NCBI GenBank assembly: GCA_002269645.1
Contig: NIVC01001536.1
Coordinates: 1 to 40,760 of the forward strand
DNA: 40,760 nucleotides
Source of the DNA: Macrostomum lignano
Taxonomy: Eukaryota
Reading direction: 5' to 3'
Part shown: piece by piece, positions 1 through 10,475 of the stretch
Layout of the letters: each line of letters opens with the position of its first letter
How positions within the stretch are numbered: the stretch's first letter is position 1
Made by a program: the position numbers and the translations under genes
The notes under the pieces: model-generated
The model's input: only the letters and a program-made list of their open reading frames with translations
Told to the model about the DNA's origin: nothing
The model's database searches: none

Positions 1-657
1 AAAGCTTTAATATTTTTTAGAATGCAAAAAAAAACAAAACTGAGCACGACTCTGAGGCGACAATCACTGCTACACATGATGTTTATCTGGCAGTCGGTCT
101 GTACAGCGCACTATTTTATACTTTGTTTTGCTTTGGGTCTGTCCCCCAATCGCCATTGTTAACCGGCCTATTGTAACCTTTGTCCGCCCCTACCGGACCG
201 ATTTTTTAAATTTGGCACCATCAACCCGCTCTCTCTCGCTCTGCAGTCTCCACACGTCGCTTATGTTTTTGTTATTCTCGCGCTCTACTATTAGTAGGTA
301 GATGGTTTATTTTTTTCATTTTTCTTATTCGTATCAATTGCTGTTGTATTTTAGCGTACACTTTTTACACCGGCGTAAATATTCTACCGAATGCCGGGCG
401 AGGAGAAAGTTCTCAACAGTCGTTTTGTTTTATTAATCTCTCTCTGTTATCTGTGCATAGAATTGAATACAAGCCTGTAATTCTCGGATAGTGGAGGTTC
501 AGTTCAGAGCTCAGACGCCATTTTCCTTTTCTATCAACTGCTTTGGCGAGCAAAACTAAAATGAGGAGCCCCGCAGACTGCGGCTTGCTGTGTTCGGCTT
601 TGCTTTCTTTGGTGTGGACGCTGGCTGGAACAGGCCATTCAAAATCTACAGCATTCA

Positions 658-935
658 CGAGGGGTGTGCGGAAAGTTTAGACACTTACCAGAGCAAAAAC
701 GGAAGCAGCTGCTAGCACAGCAATTCGTTATAATGAATTCAATCTGCTATAAATGATACTTTGGGCACTCCATTAAAAATATGCTTGTAAAGTCATAGGA
801 AGCTGTTGATGGTCTGACAGCTGGTTTGTCCTTATAGAAGCAAATTGTTCTCTGTCTCCGCATATTGCAACGTACTCTCCCATTGCTTGAGCATCTCCCG
901 TCCCGGCCGACCTGTAACAGCTATGAAGATAAAAC
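658..935 (+). mobile_element. Possible fragment of a second mariner-like element 5' end
   Basis: Begins ACGAGGGGTGTGCGGAAAGTTT, resembling mariner TIR starts. Shares CCGGCCGACCTGT (GRP motif region, ~903-915) with the minus-strand transposase in opposite orientation. Confidence 0.3.
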
Positions 936-2075
936 TTTCAGAGCTTTTCAAAGTACTCTCCATCAGCTTGGATGCACCGCCTCATCCGCTCAAACCAACT
1001 TGCAAAGCAGTGGCGCCACTCTGAGTGTGATACCCCTTCAACGGCCGGTCTATAGGCAACAACAGCCTCTTCGGCGGAGGAAAATCGCCACCCTCGCATG
1101 GAGTTCTTGATGGATGGAAACAGAAAAAAGTCGGTGCCAGGTCAGGAAATACGGCGGATGACAGCTGTTGGAAGCCCACCGTCTGTATGAACTCTTGAGT
1201 TCGTTCGCCGTGTGCGCACTGGCGTTGTCCTGGTGCAGCCAGAGACCTCGAACGCCGCACTTTGGCCGCGCTTCTTCAAGGCTGCTGATGACACGCGGCA
1301 GATGGTGCAGTACCAATCTCCAGTCACTGTGCGCTGGCTCTCGAGTGCTATACAGTCGCAATGTGGCGGTCTTTCGGAAGAAAGTTTCCACCATTTGCTT
1401 GCCAGTGCTGCGACCCCTGACAACCCTTGGTCGGTGGGGTTTCATCTTCAAAAGCCCACACACGCGACTGGCATTTGCGCTCGGGTTCGTAGCAATGCAC
1501 CCACATTTAATCACATGTGAAAATGTCTGTGACAACCTGTCTAGCATTTCCTGGCACCAGCTCATGCGGACCTGTTTCTGCTCGGCCGTGAGCAAATGCG
1601 GCACCCAGCGACTGGTCAGCTTGCGGACAGCGAGGTGATCGCGAAGGATGGAAGCAACTGTCGGCGATGAGATGCCAAGACATGCCTCAATCGTTTTTTA
1701 CGTCACTCGCCGATCAGCTTCAATCATGCGCCGCACGCGGTCGACAGTTTCAGGCGTCGTCACTGAAACAGGTCGGCCGGTCCGACCTTTGTCTTCCAAG
1801 CTGTCTCGGCCACGCTTGAACTCGCGGAACCAGCCGGTGACGGGGCGATAGATGGCGCAAGGTTGGGAAAGGCGGCAGACAGCCGCTCGTGGCACTGGTG
1901 AAACGTCAAGCCGCTCTTGAAATCATAAAAATCATAGCACGAAAGTGTTCACGACTGAGCTCCATTGCAGTGCTGAAAGAGTCACAGACCTTGTTGAGAT
2001 AAAATGCGACAGTGAGGGAATGGTGACAATTAGACGCATGAAACTTTGGGGATTATGGGAACACTTTTATTCAAT
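920..2075 (-). mobile_element. Mariner DNA transposon relic (approximate extent)
   Basis: Transposase pseudogene plus short flanks. Only weak similarity between candidate ends (TATGAAGATAAAACTTTC near 922 vs reverse complement of GAACACTTTTATTCAATA near 2062). No clean TIR pair or TA duplication found. Confidence 0.7.
938..1965 (-). pseudogene. Degenerate mariner (Tc1/mariner, DD34D) transposase
   Basis: Stitching minus frames from ATG 1965 gives MELSREHFRAMIF..W.REFKRGRDSLED..RTGRP (HTH), SRWVPHLLT (WVPHEL-like motif), DIFTCD*MWVHCYEPE (TGDE motif with a stop), LHQDNASAH, a broken PPYSPDLAP, and WFERMRRCIQADESTFEKL* ending at 938-940. At least two in-frame stops plus several frameshifts. 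Confidence 0.93.
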
Positions 2076-2369
2076 ATGCTCAGAAAATATGGCCTAATTT
2101 AAATAAACGGTTTGGCTTCGCCATGGATTTCATGGTGGGGGGGACGCCGTGCCCCCCCGTGGTGACACCCCACCTCCTGGGTATCAGCATTTCACAAACA
2201 GTAGGAAAGTTTACAACGTCATGGCTAAACTGACTAAATGCTACAATAATGCTACTTAATACATATTAGGTAATCTTTGCGGAAGTGACATCAAGTGCAT
2301 AGACACTATGAGCGGATCTATGGTACGAGCTAGGCACAACATTCCATTCACTTCGCTCGTCCATCCCAG

Positions 2370-3025
2370 GCGCAGATGCCACTGTCGGGAGCTGCATTGC
2401 ATTGCATATTAACATTTCTGCCGATATCGCCATGCGGGACCAGCAGAGCCGCTGCGAACTGGACGACGGGGTTGCGGAGCAGCGGAAGCGCCGGTACCTG
2501 CAGTGCGAGCACCAGTCTCGGCGTCTGCAGCAGCCTCCGCTGGCGAGGCCTTCGCACAGGTCGCGGCACAGACCGCCAGTCCAGCGGCAGCCACAGCCGC
2601 AGGAGAGTCAAGGCCACCAGAGCAACCAGCAGAACAGCGGCTCTTCAGCGAGGAGCCAAACGCCCAAGCCGACACCCCTGTGCAACATGGCCACCACCGT
2701 GAGCTACCCGACCGGGGCCAGCAGCTGCGAGATGATTGGCTGGCACGTGGCCAACATGGACGCCAAGCTGAACGCGCTGTTCGACACGATGAGTGAGATC
2801 TACAAGGACACGGCGATGCTGGCCGGGGAGAGCGAGGCCTCGGCAGCGGCCAGCATGCAGGAGCTGGTGGAGCCGGGCATGTTCACCCTGCTGCAGCGGG
2901 AGAGCACCAGCTGGGACCCGTCCGTGATGAACAAGAAGGTCAGCCAGCTGGTGCTCATCGGCAGCTGGATTTACCACAGGACTCAGAGCGTTGTCAACGG
3001 CTGCTGCGAGGCCGGCTTGCCGTGA
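2370..3025 (+). CDS. Terminal coding exon of an unknown protein (Q/R/P-rich linker, then predicted helical region)
   Basis: Acceptor CCATCCCAG at 2361-2369, open frame 2372-3025, strongly GC3-rich codons from ~2690 (MATTVSYPTG..HVANMDAKLNALFDTMSEIYKD..). Could also start at internal ATG 2432. No family recognised. Confidence 0.6.
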
Positions 3026-4335
3026 CAGCGGAACTGCTCGCTGCTGATGCTGCTGTAGTAGTTACTCTCCGGCAAATCATTGACGGCACCGATATCGATA
3101 CAAAATATCATATTAGGGACTTAAGCTCTACTAGGAATTTCTGTACCAATACACCGATTTTAACAGACTTTTTTGGGCTGCTTGAAGTGACTTGCACGTA
3201 CCAAGTCACCTGCGGCTCCGCTAAAACACGTTTTCCTTTGACTGATTCAGAAATGCGCACCTGAGCTGCTTGCTCTTTAGCGCTCTTTAGCAGTCGTCGC
3301 CAGTTTTAATTTTGGTCCATCTGCTTCTAAATTGCCAGCAAAGCTTCCATCGCTCACAGACTCCTGATTTTCTCAGGCACGAGAGCCACTGTTGTCAATC
3401 ATCTTTGTTCTACTGGCAAACCCCGAGCTTTCTTTCACTGATGAGGCTGTGTGTTTGGAGTAGAATAGTTCAGCAGTCGTTGAGGAAACCAACGGAGACG
3501 AACAATTCCCTCATTCTGCATGCTCAGTCACTGACTCGACATTGAGCTACGAGTATTTTTCTATTTCAATAACAGTACGAGATTGCAGAATTCCAGACCG
3601 TCAGACCACCCCCGCAAGTAGCAGCGGCTCGGCTTGCGGCAATGTTTTTGCCTGACTAATTCGCTGATGAGTGGAGCTTTCTCCCCTGGCATTGTGTTTG
3701 ACATGCATCGGAAAATAGCCCGTCCGCTGCACCTGCCCTGCTCCTCCGTCGGCTCACCTGCCCGACGTCACTCGCTTCTCTTCCAAGACAGCCAACAAAC
3801 ACGCGAAGTCCCCCCCCCAGTGCCTGCAAGTCTTGCCCGCATTTGGCTTAGAGATGGACTGGGGAGAGAGGCGAGGGACCAGCTGCTGCAGTTGCTATGG
3901 CAACGCTTGCATTGTTTCTGTGGAATGCACTTGGCCGTGGTTGGGACGAGGCCGACAAGAGCCGCTTGCCTGTGTTTGCTCCCAGCCGGAGTGCTGCGGC
4001 GGAGAGCGGAGCGAGCAGAAATTTCTGGACGGAAAAAACTTTTTCCGTCTCCATCGCGGGGAGGCCGCTTGGAGCAGCCCAGAATCCACTGGCGGCTGCA
4101 GGGCCGGAGGCTGAGGAGTGAATGCGGAGTAGCTGGGACAAAAATCGATATTCCGCCCGCCCCGCTAGCGCACTAAAGCAGGGGAGCTGCTTAAAACAAT
4201 AGGAAAGCCGGCTGCAGCCAGAAAGCCTCTCTTAGCTCATCAGCCCACTCTGCCTGAGCACTCAAGCACACGACGGAAGCGCTCGACATCCGAGAATCCG
4301 ATTTCTGCTCGCCTGACTGACCCGGACCTGTCGGC

Positions 4336-7300
4336 ATGACCCACAAGGACGACCCTCAGCAGGAGGACGAGGCGGCCGTCTCACCCGCCGGCTCGGCCTC
4401 CGAGCTGCAGCAGAAGCGGCCGGATACCGCCGAGGATCCCCGGCCGCCGGGGAGCCCCAGCGGCCGAGGAGCCCCCAGCGGCCGAGGAGCCCCCAGCGGC
4501 CGAGCCCGAGGCTGGCGAGGAAGAGGAATTTGCTGATGAAGAGGCGGTTGAACCGCAGGAGCCGCCGCCGCCCACCGCCATGGAGGAGATGAAGGAAATC
4601 CTGGTGGGCCTCACGGATGAAGGACTGGACCGGCTGCACGAGCTCATCCCGCAGCTGTCCGAGGCTGAGGTCAACTTCAAGGATAAGAACGGCAACGGCT
4701 GGCTGCACTGGCTAACGGTGTCCAAGAACCTGCAGTCGCTGGACCCCGGCCGGCTGGTGTCCTTGGTGTACGCGTACTCGCTTGCGGGCATCAACTACAA
4801 CATGCGCAACCTCACTAAGAACACCGCGCTGCACTTTGCCGTGGCCTGCTCGGCTCCGCTGCCCCTCATCAATGCGCTGCTCAAGGTGAGTCAATCTGAG
4901 TGAACCTAGGATGGAATTGCCGGTGTTTTCAGGGCTGTACATGTGCGAACGCAGGCACTCAGCGGTGTACATCTGCCCTCCTTGGAACTGTCTACCTTGG
5001 TGGCTGTCCCTCGTGGGTTTAAAGTCTTAAAATCCCTTTGTATTGTTTGGAGAGGAGCTTCAGGCAATGCCGCAAATCATAGCGAAATTTGACCTTGACT
5101 TTCTCCTTGTCAGGCATGTGCACCACTCTGTGCCCTTAGGGGTTGGCCTCATGGGCCTCATGTGCCGCTGTAATTTGGCACGAGGCCAATCTCTCCCATT
5201 GACTACATGTGCTTCTGGTGGTCCCTGACAAATGACATTAGAATAAACATCTTCGCACCCCTGCCGCCGTAGATCGGGGTGGACCCCGGCTTTGCCAACA
5301 GCAAGGGCCGCACAGCTCGCACGTGCACCACCAACCGCGCCGTGCTGAAGACCCTGGAGATGTTCACGCCGCCCCTGGACGAGGCAATCAAGGAGGGTGA
5401 CATGCAGCAAGTGGCCGAGCTGGTCTCCTACTGGGTGAAGGTGACCAACTATCACCTGGACATCTCCAAGCGGCACCCGGAGATTCGCGACTACCTTGTT
5501 GAGATGCGCCCGACCGTGACGCTGGTGCACCGCTGCCTGGCTGGTGACGCCTCGGCTCTTCGGGCCGCACTGGAGGAGAACCCGGACCTGCGGCTGGACC
5601 TGTATGACGAGAGCCGCCTGAACGAGGACGGCAGCGCTGATCGGCAGCCACTGCTGCGGCAGCTCATCGACTGTCAGTACAGCCTGGAGGCTGCGCAGCT
5701 GCTGCTGGAGCGGACCAGGCCGGATGTGGACTTCCAGGTCCGCTTCCGGGAAGATGAGGAGGATGGCAGCATGATGGTGCCGTTCTGGATTGCCTTCAAG
5801 GTGAGTGCCTGCCGCGTGGGCTCTGCTTGCCGTGTGGGGAGGCGGTTGAGCTCTGCGTGTGGGGAGGCGGTTGAGCTCTGCGTGTGGGGAGGCGGCAGAG
5901 CTCTGCTTGTGGGGAGGCAGCTGAGCTCTGCTTGCCGTGTGGGAGGCGGCTGAGCTCTGCTTGTGGGGAGGCAGCTGAGCTCTGCTTGCCGTGTGGGGAG
6001 GCGGCTGAGCTCTGCGTGTGGGGAGGCGGCTGAGCTCTGCTTGTGGGGAGGCAGCTGAGCTCTGCTTGCCGTGTGGGGAGGCGGCTGAGCTCTGCGTGTG
6101 GGGAGGCAGCTCAGCTCTGCTTGCCGTGTGGGGAGGCGGTCTGGAGAGACTGCGTGTCAAAAGAGCTCGAATTCCTGACTGACGCAGCTTAAATTTACTC
6201 AACAGGCCTCGAACCACGTCAACAAGGACATCCTGCTGCCGCTGGTGCAGAACTGCGTGGACTACAAGACCTCCTTGGCCTCTCTGGACCACGAGATCAT
6301 GCTGGCCTTCCTTGCCCAGGAGCGAGAGATCTTCGACCACCTGGTGAAGATGGGCTACCAGTTCTGGAAGCCGGACAGCCGGATGCGCACCCTGGCTGAT
6401 CAGGCCATGCTGAACGAGCTGAAGCGGCGCGACGAGTTCGACGCCTCCGCCATTCTCGACTCGCTAGAGGAGCTGGACGCCGCCCTGCTGCCGGCTCTGC
6501 GGGCGATGTCCGACGAGGAGCTCCGGGCGACCTGCCTGGGCACCGGCTACTGGCCGTGCATCGGCTGGCGGAACCTCGCCAAGCTGCGACACAGCAAGGC
6601 CAAGGCGGACAAGAAGCTGGCACAGCGGCTGGAGCAGATCGAGAAAGTCTGGGTGGGTAAACAGCGTGGGTTAATACTGTATAATGCCTCGTCAGCTAAA
6701 AAGTTTCTGTTATCAATTCATTAATAGAGTTGACTTTACGCTTGAGGAGCCGAATGCCACCAGGCTTCCCATTTCCTATTCCCACAGCTATCCCATCCAA
6801 CCGGCTTCCCAATGCAGTGGGAATACTGTCTCACAACAGGAAAAGTTGACAATGAGAATTTTTTCTCAGTACAAAGGAGAGAGGAGTGGGGGATGAACTG
6901 CATCGACCCGCCATTATTGCCGATTTCGCATCCCACGCGCAACCCCCATCTCTGCATCTCTGCTCCCCATCTGCTCCCCGGCAGGTGGGAGGCCGTGCCT
7001 GTCAGCAAAGCGGCTCCTCAGCCAGTTATCCGCACTGGCGGTTTTCACAGACTCTGTCAACTCAGCTGGGGGAGGCGGTGGGGCGGGTGGGAAGAATGGC
7101 GGAGCTCTGCTTCTCGCCAAATCACCCGGTTGCTAGGGGCAACGGGGCGCGTGCCTCGCCCTACAAGCTGAATTTGTCAAGGAGCCGAGTTCGAATCCTT
7201 ATGCCTCGATTGAATGTCTGAGATCCGCTCGTAGAACTTTTATCTCAGGGATTGAGATTGGGACTCAGGTGTAAGATTAACCCAGTTTTTTCGTATAGTG

Positions 7301-9987
7301 AGGTTCTTTTCTTGAATTTTAGGGGTGTTATTTCCTGATTTAGATCTTAGGGGTGAGATTCCTTAGTTCAAATCTCAGGGGTGAGATTCCTTAGTTCAAA
7401 TCTCAGGGTGAGATTCACTAGTTTAAATCTCAGGGGTGAGATTCCTTAGTTCAAATCTCAGGGGTGAGATTCCTTAGTTTAAATCTCAAGGTGAGATTCC
7501 CTAGTTTAAATCTCAAGGTGAGATTCCCTAGTTTAAATCTCAGGGGTGAGATTCCTTAGTTCAAATCTCAGGGGTGAGATTCCCTAGTTTAAATCTCAGG
7601 GGTGAGATTCCCTAGTTTAAATCTCAAGGGTGAGATTCCCTAGTTTAAATCTCAGAAGTGAGATTCCCTAGTTTAAATCTCAGGGGTGAGATTCCTTAGT
7701 TCAAATCTCAGGGGTGAGATTCCCTAGTTTAAATATCAGGGGTGAGATCCCCTGTTTCGCAATGTCCCAGCCCTTCCCGCACCGCAGATTCTGTACCGGA
7801 ATCTCCGCAAGCTGACAATACTCGGCAACACGGCCGGCTTCAGAGATACCGCCACCCAGGAGGCCTGCGAGGTGGTGGACAAGAAAGGCCAGAGCCTCAT
7901 CCACTGGGCGGTCATCTACGAGCGCCGGTTCATCCTGAAGCACATCCTGGACAAGCACCCGGGCCAGGTGGACCTGCGCGACCACGTGAGTTTCTATTTG
8001 AAGTTGGAGCGGATTTTAGCAACATCTCTAATAGCGCTACTAATAGTAGAAATCTTATGTTCGCCGCTTTGTAAATGATCCGCGCCACCATGCAGAGCAC
8101 CCGTACTGCGTTGCACTACGCCCAGGGCATCGACGAGGAGTTCATGTATAACAATCTGGTGCGCGCCGGGGCCGATCCCGAGCTGCCCGACAATGTGAGA
8201 AGCGGTCACGTGATCCTATGCACAGATTGTTTTACTATCTTTAATATGCCGTATACCCTCGCTCAGATCAAATCCACCCTCCCTCAGATAAAATCCACCC
8301 TCACTCAGATCCCATCCACCCTCACTCAGATCCCATCCACCCTCACTCAGATCCCATCCACCCTCACTAAGATCCCATCCACCTTCACTCAGATCCCATC
8401 CACCCTCACTCAGATCCCATCCACCCTCACTCAGATCCCATCCACCCTCACTCAGATCCCATCCACCCTCGCTCAGATCCCATCCACCCTCGCTCAGATC
8501 CGATCCACCCTCACTCAGATCCCATCCACCCTCACTCAGATCCCATCCGGCATCCACCCTCACTCAGATCCCATCCGGCATTCACCCTCACTCAGATCCC
8601 ATCCGGCATCCACCCTGACTCAGATCCCATTCGGCATCCACCCTGACTCAGATCCCATCCGGCATCCACCCTAACTCGGATCCCATTCACCCTAACTCGG
8701 ATCCCAACCCTATCCGCCCTCAGTCCGCCAGCGCCGGCTCAGACAATCGCAAGTCAACCGGCTACCCGTTGCTAAGCAACGCGGACATGGTGAAGTCGCA
8801 CTACCGGCAGGCCATCAAGGTGGAGCGCAAAGACACGAGTGGGCACTCGCACTACCTGCTTGCCGTCTACCTGAGCCTCTGCGACGCCATCGAAAAGAAC
8901 AACGAGGAGCTGTTCGACCAGATCACTGAGACCTTCTGGCCGGACCTGGCCTTCGAGGCGCTGGCCAAGCTGAACAAAACCTTCCCCAACCAGCCGCACC
9001 GGTTCAGAAACCTCATCACCCTGTGCATCGAGAAGGAGAGGGAGGAGTTCGGCCGGCGGCTGCTCAAAGCGGGCATCCCGGTGCCGTCCGAGGTGCGCTT
9101 TGATCGGGGGAGGGGGGGGCAGCTGGTCTTCCTTTGATTGGGGCAGCTGGTCTTCCTTTGATTGGGGCAGCTGGTCTTCCTTTGATTGGGGCAGCTGGTC
9201 TTCCTTTGATTGGGGCAGCTGGTCTTCCTTTGATTGGGGCAGCTGGTCTTCCTTTGATTGGGGCAGCTGGTCTTTTTTTGATTGGATTGGGGCAGCTGGT
9301 CTTCCTTTGATTGGGGCAGCTGGTCTTTTTTTGATTGGATTGGGGCAGCTGGTCTTCCCGACACCCGAGTTTCCTGACACCCAGTCTTCCTGACACCTGA
9401 TCATCCTGACATCCAGTCTTCCTGACACCCAGTCTTCCCTGACACCCAGTCTTCCTGACACCCAGTCTTCCTGACACCCAGTCTTCCTGACACCCAGTCT
9501 TCCTGACACCTGATTATCGTGAGACCCAGTCTTCCTGACACCCAGTCTCCTGGTGCCTGACCATCCTGCCTACTGACATTTTCCGATCTCCTTCGTCCCG
9601 CAGGTGCACTCCGGTGACCAGACCCTGCAGGCGGACGAGTTTGCCCGCACAGCCGGCATGGACCAGCTGGCCGACGACATCGAGCGGCAGCGCAACAACC
9701 GCCGCAGCGAGGCCTCCGGTGCCGCCGCAGCCGCCGCTGCCGCCGCTCCCAACTCGGCCGGCGACACGCGGCAGCCGCCGCGGTCTGATGACTTCTCCGA
9801 CGAAGGCGAGACCATCGTCTCCGTGGACACGCAGAACTCGGGCGCCACCCCGGAGGAGCCGGTCAAGAAGCCGAAGAAAAAGAAGAAGAAGCACCATCAC
9901 CACGGAGACAAGGCCAAGGGGGGCAAGGGCAAGAAGAAGGCCAAGAACAACAAGGTGGAGGAGAGCGAGGTCTGCGCCATTCTCTGA
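4336..9987 (+). CDS. Ankyrin-repeat protein (~858 aa) with C-terminal polybasic region and CaaX box
   Basis: Exons 4336-4885, 5273-5800, 6206-6652, 7788-7985, 8096-8194, 8724-9092, 9604-9987, all GT-AG and frame-consistent. Ankyrin motifs: VNFKDKNGNGWLHW, KNTALHFAV..LINALLKIGVDP, DKKGQSLIHWAV, DLRDHSTRTALHYA..LVRAGADPELPDN. Ends KKPKKKKKKHHHH..EVCAIL*. Needs +2 nt near 4438-4458 to join ATG 4336; otherwise starts at ATG 4580. Confidence 0.85.
5812..6140. repeat. Intronic minisatellite, 25-30 bp variants of GGGGAGGCRGCTGAGCTCTGCTTGCCGTGT
   Basis: Visible tandem array in ankyrin intron 2, starting ~10 nt after the donor at 5801. Confidence 0.93.
7320..7750. repeat. Intronic minisatellite, ~28 bp GGGGTGAGATTCCCTAGTTTAAATCTCA
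   Basis: About 14 copies in ankyrin intron 3, ending ~40 nt before the acceptor at 7787. Confidence 0.95.
8255..8712. repeat. Intronic minisatellite, 21 bp CTCACTCAGATCCCATCCACC
   Basis: About 20 copies in ankyrin intron 5, degrading into the acceptor at 8723. Confidence 0.95.
9098..9360. repeat. Intronic minisatellite, 24 bp GGGGCAGCTGGTCTTCCTTTGATT
   Basis: About 10 copies starting just after the donor at 9093 in ankyrin intron 6. Confidence 0.95.
9358..9562. repeat. Intronic minisatellite, 16 bp CCTGACACCCAGTCTT
   Basis: About 12 copies directly adjoining the 24-bp array; both share GTCTTCC. Confidence 0.92.
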
Positions 9988-10469
9988 CTCGCTTGCTGAA
10001 CTTTTTCTGCTACTTTCCCCCCTCAGCACCCACCGACTCAGCACTTGAGGACTCTGGCCGCGACCCGAGCCCAGTGTAGGTTGTTGTACATGCGCACCCC
10101 TGCGTCATTCTCACCCCTCTCTCCGCTCTGATTGGCTGCTCCGCTTTGCGCCTCAGTTGTAGCTGAGCTGCCATGCCAAAACTGCGTCTGCGGTGGCGGG
10201 CTCAATGCAGAATCAAATTGGCGTACGCATCTGTCCGGGGTCAGGGGTCAGCGGAGTTGGCAGGACTGCTTGCCTCCTAGCTGATTGATCGGCTGTGATT
10301 TGCGGTAGCGCCCATGCAGAGCCCCCAGCGGCTAAAGGACCCCCCCCAACGCTGGCTCACGCAATCACCAAATTTTTTATCGCTCGAGGTTGAGCGGCAA
10401 TTTTTTCATTCTACATTTTTATTGTTTTTTTTAACTTATTCAAAGTTTTCTCGGCACCAGTTTCTGTAA

Positions 10470-10475
10470 AATAAA
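10470..10475 (+). promoter_or_regulatory. Candidate polyadenylation signal of the ankyrin gene
   Basis: AATAAA ~480 nt after the stop, followed by GT/T-rich sequence. A second AATAAA lies at 10776-10781. Confidence 0.35.

Noticed and set aside
3437-3500. CTGATGAG...GAAAC resembling a hammerhead ribozyme core
   Set aside because: Stem II does not close directly onto GAAA, and no stems I/III were found.
4438-4458. Programmed ribosomal frameshifting as the explanation for the ankyrin 5' frame break
   Set aside because: No slippery heptamer or stimulatory structure; two separate C-run shortfalls explain it more simply.
5060-6340. 426-aa minus ORF and other ORFs antisense to ankyrin exons
   Set aside because: Mirror frames of GC3-rich coding exons plus intronic repeat; no independent domain signal.
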